A stretch of 48,144 nt of DNA from Candidatus Veblenbacteria bacterium (GTDB taxonomy: Bacteria > Patescibacteriota > Patescibacteriia > Veblenbacterales > UBA10138), in contig JBBIVB010000003.1 of assembly GCA_037439965.1 (NCBI GenBank), forward strand, positions 1 to 48,144. The letters are read 5' to 3'. Position numbers and translations under genes: made by a program. The notes under the pieces were generated by a model. The model ran no database searches and was not told the origin of the DNA. It saw nothing but the letters and a program-made list of their open reading frames with translations. Below, in pieces: positions 41,888-48,144 of the stretch (position 1 is its first letter; the number at the start of each line of letters is the position of its first letter).

Positions 41888-42576
41888 AGCGAGGTTTATT
41901 TATAGCTATTGAAGGAACAGATGGTTCGGGTAAAGCTACTCAATTTAAATTACTAACTAACACTTTAAAACGCGTAGGTTATAAATTTGCTACGGTTGAT
42001 TTTCCACAGTATGGCAAACCATCTGCCTGGTTTGTAGAACAATATTTAAATGGTAAATATGGTAAGTCGCAAGATATTTCACCTCAAATTGCTTCCATAT
42101 TTTATGCTCTAGATAGATTTCAGGTTGCTTCTCAAGTTGAGCAATGGCTTAAACAAGGTAAAATAGTAGTGGCTAACAGATATGTTTTATCTAATGCCGC
42201 TCATCAAGGTGGCAAAATTAAAAAATTATCTGAACGACGAAGGTACTGGCAGTGGCTATTTAATTTAGAATATAAATTATTAAGGGCCCCTAAGCCAGAT
42301 ATTAATATTTTATTGCATTTACCGGCCAAACAGGCACAGAGGTTGGTGTTAAAAAAAACTCCTCGACGGTACATTAAATTAGGAGCTAAACGTGATATTC
42401 ATGAACTAGATTTAAAACATCTGCAAGCAGCAGAAAAGGTTTATTTAGAATTAGCTAAGATTTACCATTTGCCAGTAATAGAATGTATACAAAAAGGAAG
42501 GCTATTGACACCTAAAGAAATTCATTATAAAGTGTGGAAAATAGTAGAAAGAAAATTGACTAAAATTGTTCACTAA
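41884..42576 (+). CDS. tmk: Thymidylate kinase
   Basis: FIAIEGTDGSGK.TQ, FP.Y, ALDR, NRY..SN.A.Q, PD and DIHE. Confidence 0.92.
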   Translation: MKRGLFIAIEGTDGSGKATQFKLLTNTLKRVGYKFATVDFPQYGKPSAWFVEQYLNGKYGKSQDISPQIASIFYALDRFQVASQVEQWLKQGKIVVANRYVLSNAAHQGGKIKKLSERRRYWQWLFNLEYKLLRAPKPDINILLHLPAKQAQRLVLKKTPRRYIKLGAKRDIHELDLKHLQAAEKVYLELAKIYHLPVIECIQKGRLLTPKEIHYKVWKIVERKLTKIVH

Positions 42577-42577
42577 A
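42505..42577 (+). promoter_or_regulatory. Promoter inside the tmk 3' end plus boxA-like motif for the 63-aa ORF
   Basis: TTGACA (42505-42510), N17, TAAAGT (42528-42533); GTTCACTAAA at 42568-42577. Confidence 0.45.
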
Positions 42578-42596
42578 TTAAAAGGAGTATAAAAGT

Positions 42597-42788
42597 ATGC
42601 TAGAACTTAGTACAGAATTGGTGCGAGAGTTAGTTACTGCACCTTGGCGTTTATTTTATGATTCATTATATATTAATGAATTGACTCAAATAAGTCAAGC
42701 AAAGAATTCGTTAATGCAGGCTGTGAATGAAACAGAGAATTTAAGGTTAAAGTGGAGGGAGGAAATAATAATGCCAAGAATAATCTAA
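42597..42788 (+). CDS. Small hypothetical protein (63 aa)
   Basis: AAGGAG SD, its own promoter and a downstream terminator; no recognisable domain. Confidence 0.6.
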   Translation: MLELSTELVRELVTAPWRLFYDSLYINELTQISQAKNSLMQAVNETENLRLKWREEIIMPRII

Positions 42789-42791
42789 AGT

Positions 42792-42832
42792 TAGCCCAGC
42801 TCGTTATTAAATAAATATGCTGGGCTATTTTT
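42792..42832 (+). terminator. Intrinsic terminator
   Basis: TAGCCCAGC...GCTGGGCTA stem followed by TTTTT. Confidence 0.65.
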
Positions 42833-42842
42833 ATGCTAAAAT

Positions 42843-44303
42843 ATGAATATGCCATTAGGATCAGTAATTGGTTTAGAAATACACGTGCAACTCAAAACAA
42901 AGTCAAAAATGTTTTGCGCCTGTGATAATACTGGTGAAATCAAACCGTCTAATACTACAGTTTGCCCAATATGTTTAGGGCATCCTGGTGTTTTACCAGT
43001 GGCTAATAAAGAAGCCATTAAGATGGCACTTAAAGTAGCACTAGCCTTAAATCTGCAGGTTAATTTACATTCTAAATTTGACCGCAAAAATTATTTCTAT
43101 CCAGATTTACCTAAAGGTTATCAAATTTCGCAATATGATGAGCCATTGGCACAGGAAGGTTTTTTAGAAATAGTTACTAAAGATGGGGTACGAAAAGTTG
43201 CTATTGAACGATTACATTTAGAGGAAGATACAGGAAAATTATTACATATTAAAAATAAATCTCTGGTAGATTTTAATCGCGCTGGCACGCCTTTAATAGA
43301 GATTGTTACTAAACCCCAGGCGATGACACCAAGTGAAGTTAAAGTTTTTTTACAGCAGCTGCGTACCATTATGCGCTATTTGGAAGTTTCCGAGGCTGAT
43401 ATGGAAAAAGGACATCTAAGGGTGGATGTTAATGTATCCTTGCGACCTAGAGGTGAAAGTAAGCTTTACCCTAAAGTAGAGCTTAAAAATTTAAATTCTT
43501 TCCGTTCTGTAGAGCGGGGATTGGAATATGAAATAAAAAGGTTAACTGGATTATGGGAGCGGGGCGAATATCCAAAAAATAATTCTACCCGCGGCTGGAA
43601 TGATGCTAGGGGTATAAGCGAGGAGCAAAGAACAAAAGAGGAGGTTTCTGATTACCGTTATTTTCCGGAACCAGATTTGCAGCCACTCAATTTTACTAAA
43701 GAAGAAATTGAGGAGATTAAAAAGAGTTTACCAGAATTACCGCAAGATAAAATTAAACGTTTAACAAAACAATATGGATTGCTTGCTAGTGAGGCAAATA
43801 TTTTGGTTAGTGATTTGCCAGTGGTTGATTATTTTGAAAGTGTAGTTACAAAATTAATCAAACAAAATGAGGAAATAGAGAAAAAACAAGCGGTCAAATT
43901 AGTATTTAATTGGCTGGTTAACAAATTATTTCAGTTGTTTAATGAAAAAGGTATAACCATTATTAAACTCCCTTTTAATCAAGAGCAATTTGTTGATTTT
44001 TTATTGTTAGTAGCTTCAAGAAGAGTTAATTCTACTAATGCACAGATTTTATTAAAACACATGATGGAAACAGGACAAGATCCGCAAAGTATCTTAGATT
44101 CGGAAGATTTAAGCCAAAGCAGCAATATCAATTTGGAGGAAATTATTAATAAGATAATTGTTCAGTATCCCGAACAGTTGGCGCAGTATAAAGCAGGTAA
44201 AACTCCAGTGTTAAAATTTTTCCTTGGTGCTGTAATGCGAGAAACCAAAGGTAAGATTGATCCTATAGAAGCTGAAGAATTGCTTAAACAGAAGTTGTCA
44301 TAA
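42843..44303 (+). CDS. gatB: Asp/Glu-tRNA(Asn/Gln) amidotransferase subunit B
   Basis: IGLEIHVQL, FDRKNYFYPDLPKGYQISQ, HLEED, RAGTPLIEIVT and YRYFPEPDL. True start may be ATG 42849. Confidence 0.97.
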   Translation: MNMPLGSVIGLEIHVQLKTKSKMFCACDNTGEIKPSNTTVCPICLGHPGVLPVANKEAIKMALKVALALNLQVNLHSKFDRKNYFYPDLPKGYQISQYDEPLAQEGFLEIVTKDGVRKVAIERLHLEEDTGKLLHIKNKSLVDFNRAGTPLIEIVTKPQAMTPSEVKVFLQQLRTIMRYLEVSEADMEKGHLRVDVNVSLRPRGESKLYPKVELKNLNSFRSVERGLEYEIKRLTGLWERGEYPKNNSTRGWNDARGISEEQRTKEEVSDYRYFPEPDLQPLNFTKEEIEEIKKSLPELPQDKIKRLTKQYGLLASEANILVSDLPVVDYFESVVTKLIKQNEEIEKKQAVKLVFNWLVNKLFQLFNEKGITIIKLPFNQEQFVDFLLLVASRRVNSTNAQILLKHMMETGQDPQSILDSEDLSQSSNINLEEIINKIIVQYPEQLAQYKAGKTPVLKFFLGAVMRETKGKIDPIEAEELLKQKLS

Positions 44304-44340
44304 ATAATTTTTATTAATTGCTGCGCAATGTTCTAAATTA

Positions 44341-44394
44341 TTGACTTTTTTGTTATTGGAGTAAACTTATTTTACAGAAATTGTTTCTTTAAAA
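44341..44394 (+). promoter_or_regulatory. Promoter-like sequence plus boxA-like motif of a decayed gene
   Basis: TTGACT-N15-TAAACT (short spacer); GTTTCTTTAAAA at 44383-44394. Confidence 0.4.
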
Positions 44395-44419
44395 TTCAAT
44401 AGAAAGCGAGAGTGATATC

Positions 44420-44979
44420 ATGGAATTATTATGTTATATATATGAGGTAAAGAGAAAAAATATTACACAGTGGAAATTTATTAATGCTGATGGAATTTGT
44501 AAAAAGGTTAATATTTGTGATGATTGTTTTAAAAAATATACAAAGACCCGATAAAAATTATTGCGAGATTCATAAGGAGAATTTTGTTATTTTATATATT
44601 TTATAGATTTTACTTCTGCTTGCCGTGGCTGTATTGAGCAAGCCGTTAGAGCAGAAAAAGAAACAAATAGTGCTAGTGTATAGGAAGAATGGAAAAAAGT
44701 TAGCAAATTGACTACTAAAAAATATAAAGCGGAGTTCCTTAAATTGATAAGGGCCGCTACCTAAAATCGATTAGCAGAAGAATTATGTTGGCTTTGGCCA
44801 AGCATGTTAAAATGCAGCGTTATAATCTTTCTTCTAATCAGGTGATAAAGGAAGACTTAGAACAGCTTAAGATAAATAAATCTTTGGTAGTAACTATGCT
44901 GTCATCCTTAGATCCTAAGAAGCGTTATCTCCCCCCTAAGTTGATAAACTTAGGGGGTTTTTATAAATCTTTTAATTAA
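44420..44979 (+). pseudogene. Decayed Cys-rich hypothetical gene with several stops and frameshifts
   Basis: Successive protein-like fragments: MELLCYIY...ICDDCFKKY / NYCEIHKE / SACRGCIEQAVRAEKE..*EEWKK...* / MLALAKHVKMQRY...; flanked by a promoter and a terminator. Confidence 0.5.
44932..44962 (+). terminator. Intrinsic terminator overlapping the miaA stop
   Basis: CCCCCTAAGTT-gata-AACTTAGGGGG-TTTTT perfect 11-bp stem. Confidence 0.75.
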
Positions 44980-45921
44980 TTTTTCCGCTTGCTGGTAATT
45001 TTTAACCCAGTTAATTTGTGGCATTTTTTTGGACCAAGTTAGTTGCCGTTTAGCAAATTGACAGGTGTGTTGTTTAATTAATTCTATTGCTGCTTTTAAA
45101 TTTGTATCATTTTTTATAACCGATATTAATTCTTGATAACCAATGGTTTTAAGAGCAGGGGAGTGAGGATAATTTTTTAATAGCCAGCGTACCTCTTTTA
45201 ATAAACCTTTCTTTATCATTTGATCTACCCGTTTGTTGATTTGCGAATAAAGTCGTGGGCGAGGAGGATTAATTCCGATGATTAGATAATTAGAAAGAGG
45301 TTTTTTTTGTTGACTGCCAAAAAATGATTTATTGTTGGTTAAAATATATTCTAGGGCTCTAATTAATCGCCGGTAATTTTTTTTATCAATTTTTTTATAA
45401 GTTACGGTGTCTAATTTTTTAATTTTAGCGAGCAGTTCTTTGATTGATAATTTAGCCAATTTCTTCCTTAATTTAAGATTGGGTTTACCTGGTGGTAATT
45501 GATAACCCTCTACTATACTAGAAACATACAGTCCTGTGCCGCCTACTATAATTGGAAGCTGGAATTTAGAAGCTGAAAGTTTGGAAAGCTTTTTAAGTAG
45601 TTGGTATGTTTCTTTTTGAAATTGAGCAACGGAATATATTTGGTTAGGTTTTTTACAAGATATAAAAAAATGTGGAACTTTCTTAACAAAATAAATTTTT
45701 TTTCTACCAAAAATCTTTCGCCATTGATTATTAGCCATTTGCCAGTAGCCAGCCGGTTGATTTGTTCCAATAGGTAGTCCTTGATAAATCTGTCTTGAGT
45801 CGGCTGAAATTAACACGCCGTTGAATTTCTTAGCTAGTTTTAAAGCTAGCTCAGTTTTACCAGACGCTGTTGGGCCTACAATGGCGATTAAAGGATAGCC
45901 GTTGACTTTATGATGCATCAT
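44950..45921 (-). CDS. miaA: tRNA (adenosine37-N6)-dimethylallyltransferase
   Basis: GPTASGKT, SADSRQIY, VGGTGLY, RLIRALE, IGYQE and AKRQLTW. Confidence 0.97.
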   Translation of the reverse strand: MMHHKVNGYPLIAIVGPTASGKTELALKLAKKFNGVLISADSRQIYQGLPIGTNQPAGYWQMANNQWRKIFGRKKIYFVKKVPHFFISCKKPNQIYSVAQFQKETYQLLKKLSKLSASKFQLPIIVGGTGLYVSSIVEGYQLPPGKPNLKLRKKLAKLSIKELLAKIKKLDTVTYKKIDKKNYRRLIRALEYILTNNKSFFGSQQKKPLSNYLIIGINPPRPRLYSQINKRVDQMIKKGLLKEVRWLLKNYPHSPALKTIGYQELISVIKNDTNLKAAIELIKQHTCQFAKRQLTWSKKMPQINWVKNYQQAEKLIKRFIKTP

Positions 45922-45969
45922 TACTAGAATAAAATAAATAAAATAATTTAGAAAAAGAGTTCATTTAAA
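45902..45969 (+). promoter_or_regulatory. Promoter (antisense within the miaA 5' end) plus boxA-like motif
   Basis: TTGACT-N17-TAGAAT (45902-45930); GTTCATTTAAA at 45959-45969. Confidence 0.5.
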
Positions 45970-46006
45970 TAATAACAAAATATAGCTAAAAATAAAGGGT
46001 ATAAAT

Positions 46007-46414
46007 ATGCCTGATTTTAAGATTATAGTAGTTGATGGAGATCAAGTAGCGAGAGAGCTTTTATATAATGATTTGATTAACGCAGGTTATCATCATATAA
46101 AATTGTTTGGCAGTTTAGAGGATGTTTTGCGATTATTAAAGTTAAGGAAAAACAGCGTTGATTTGATTATTACCGAGATGAAATATAGTAAGACTCATAA
46201 ATTAGAAGTTATAGATTTATTATATTCCATCAGAAAACGAAAATTATACCGACCGAATTCTCAAAAATTAGTAAAAGTTTTAATACTTTCTACTTACGCC
46301 AACGAAGAAAATGTTAGTGTTTGCCTTGCAGCTGGTGCTGACGATTTTATGTCAAAGCCTTATCAAGTTTTATATTTATTAGATACAGTTAAAACGCTGT
46401 TATCAGAATCTTAG
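46007..46414 (+). CDS. Stand-alone receiver (CheY-like) domain protein, atypical (phosphoacceptor Asp replaced by Glu)
   Basis: KIIVVDGD, DLIITE, VLILST and AGADDFMSKP. Confidence 0.85.
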   Translation: MPDFKIIVVDGDQVARELLYNDLINAGYHHIKLFGSLEDVLRLLKLRKNSVDLIITEMKYSKTHKLEVIDLLYSIRKRKLYRPNSQKLVKVLILSTYANEENVSVCLAAGADDFMSKPYQVLYLLDTVKTLLSES

Positions 46415-46470
46415 AACATTATTTTTCTAATCTGCTGAATATTTAATTATCTGTTAGATTTTATTTATCT

Positions 46471-46499
46471 TTGACAAGGATATTATATAGTGATAATAT
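46471..46499 (+). promoter_or_regulatory. Sigma70 promoter
   Basis: TTGACA-N17-TAATAT; AAGGAG SD before ATG 46563. Confidence 0.65.
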
Positions 46500-46562
46500 A
46501 CTCTCTTAAAATTGCATATTAAAATTTACCATTTTTAAACCAGTTTACTAAGGAGAATAAAT

Positions 46563-47012
46563 ATGAAAAAAAATATTCTTGTTGTGAATGGAGGTAGTGC
46601 GGACTTTGCTGCTCGTATTAAGATGGCGTTCATTATAATATTTGGCGTAGAAGCACCTAGAATAGTGGAAACCAACTCAATTGATGGCGCTTTTGAACTA
46701 TGTGCAACGGGTGTAAATGAAGGTCATCCTATAGATAGTCTAATAGGCAGAATACCATCCCACGATTGTTCAAAAATTGATCTCTTGATGATTAGTGGGC
46801 TTAACAACATCGACCTTTTATCTTTGATTGAAAACTTTAAAAGATTTGGTTTTGATGGCAAAATCTTCTACTTAGTAGATGATGATATCAACCCTAATAT
46901 ATCTGAAAGTTTAGTCAGAGCTGGAGTAGATGATATTCTACTTCGCCCCACCGTAGATGATATAGAATACAGTTTACGACGGGCATTTTCTCAAAAACCC
47001 CTTATACCTTAA
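46563..47012 (+). CDS. Highly divergent receiver-like domain protein
   Basis: KNILVVN, IDLLMIS and RAGVDDILLRP follow the CheY fold pattern, but the acidic pocket, phospho-Asp and Lys are substituted. Confidence 0.6.
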   Translation: MKKNILVVNGGSADFAARIKMAFIIIFGVEAPRIVETNSIDGAFELCATGVNEGHPIDSLIGRIPSHDCSKIDLLMISGLNNIDLLSLIENFKRFGFDGKIFYLVDDDINPNISESLVRAGVDDILLRPTVDDIEYSLRRAFSQKPLIP

Positions 47013-47034
47013 AATCAAAATAACCCAAATTACT

Positions 47035-47072
47035 AACCGCTATTATCTTAATTGTAAGTGATGGCGGTTTTT
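47035..47072. terminator. Terminator between convergent genes
   Basis: AACCGCTATTA...TGATGGCGGTT stem followed by TTTATTT. Confidence 0.7.
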
Positions 47073-48144
47073 ATTTGATTAAATTTCCAGCTAAATGCCA
47101 GGCTGTAGCTTTGGTAATTTTTACAAAAACAAATTGGCCTAGTAAGTTTTGAGAATAAGTAAAACGCACTGGTTTTAAACCTTCAGTTCGCCCTTCTAAT
47201 ATGTAGTTAGCAATAGAAGTTCTTTTACTTGAGGTAACTAACACTTTTTGTTTGGTGTTGATTAATTTTTTATTATGATCGAGGGCGGTTTGTTTAAGTA
47301 TTTCATTTAATTTTTTTTCTCTACGCATTTTTTCTTTTTTTGATACATTATCCAGCATTTTAGCGGCTACTGTACCTGGTCGCGGAGAAAATTGTGCCAA
47401 ATATGCCATATCATATTTTACTTTCTTAAATAAATCTAAAGTAGCTTGGAAATGTTTTTTAGTCTCGCCAGGAAAACCAACTATGCAATCAGTAGTTATA
47501 GTAACTTTTGGCATTTTTTTACGTAAAGCAGTTATTACTTTTTTATATTCGGCAATAGTATAAGGGCGTAGCATTTTTCGCAAGATATAATCGTGTCCCG
47601 CTTGTACTGGTAGATGAGCGTGGTGGGGAATTTTTTTATAGCGAACTAAAGTGTTAATCAATTCATCGCTAAACCATTTAGGATGTGGTGAGGTATAGCG
47701 CAACCAATAATTACCTTTAAATGAAGCGCAAATGGCTAATAGTTGTGGAAATTTAAATAATCCTTTTTTAGTAAAATAATTTGCTTGTAATTCTGGTAAA
47801 GCAGGAATTTTATAGCGGCGTTGGAATTTTTTGAACCAGCTTATAAATTTCTCATCTACTTTTACCATATATTTATTAACAATTTGACCAAGCAGTGTTA
47901 TTTCTTTGAAGCCTTGTTTTATTAAACTAGCGACCTCCTCTAAAATTTCTTGCGGTGAACGCGATACTTCCCGACCACGAGTATAAGGAACAGCGCAATA
48001 AGTGCAAAAAGAATTACAGCCAGTCATAATTGGTACATAAGCCTGAAATTTATTAGTGTATTTAGGTTTTATTGCAAAGTAATTATCAGCAAATTTTTGG
48101 CGATGAATACTTTTTTGTTTCATTGTCATATTTTTAAGTTTGAC
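47071..48144 (-). CDS. miaB: tRNA methylthiotransferase MiaB (5' end outside the window)
   Basis: Radical SAM CNSFCTYC, PYTRGRE.SR, HLPVQAG, IVGFPGET, FSPRPGT and a TRAM domain; frame open to the window edge; near miaA. Confidence 0.92.
   Translation of the reverse strand, partial: VKLKNMTMKQKSIHRQKFADNYFAIKPKYTNKFQAYVPIMTGCNSFCTYCAVPYTRGREVSRSPQEILEEVASLIKQGFKEITLLGQIVNKYMVKVDEKFISWFKKFQRRYKIPALPELQANYFTKKGLFKFPQLLAICASFKGNYWLRYTSPHPKWFSDELINTLVRYKKIPHHAHLPVQAGHDYILRKMLRPYTIAEYKKVITALRKKMPKVTITTDCIVGFPGETKKHFQATLDLFKKVKYDMAYLAQFSPRPGTVAAKMLDNVSKKEKMRREKKLNEILKQTALDHNKKLINTKQKVLVTSSKRTSIANYILEGRTEGLKPVRFTYSQNLLGQFVFVKITKATAWHLAGNLIK

Overview
AT-rich bacterial chromosome segment. Almost all genes are on the + strand and use the standard code (TGA is a stop). 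The gene complement suggests a Patescibacteria/CPR (Parcubacteria-like) genome; this is an inference from the dimeric GlyRS, Gmad2/GerMN surface proteins, DUF2090 aldolase plus PGI/PMI, membrane-anchored Clp ATPase and UvrD-nuclease fusion. The backbone is housekeeping: tgt, glyQS, rsmI, metG, tatD, rmuC, a complete F1Fo operon, a UvrD-like helicase, dciA, pheST, gyrB, secE-nusG-rplK-rplA, a dcd-kinase-dut-thyA-folA-tmk thymidylate cluster, gatB, miaA and miaB. I found no tRNA, rRNA, CRISPR array, integrase or transposase. The most notable signals are: (1) six or seven stand-alone accessory genes share one layout, a TTGAC-N15-18-TAnnnT promoter, then a boxA-like motif, the gene and usually a terminator, whereas housekeeping genes look leaderless (TGnTAnnnT-N6-start); (2) a membrane-anchored Clp/Hsp100 ATPase with degenerate D1 motifs and pore loops, no ClpP-docking loop and a small membrane partner; (3) two non-phosphorylatable orphan receiver domains between miaB and miaA; (4) two 102-nt long-stem RNA-like elements upstream of the atp operon; (5) REP/dRS3-like palindromes and heptamer repeats, some inserted in frame in core genes. 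All calls come from reading the sequence by eye; no database searches were run.
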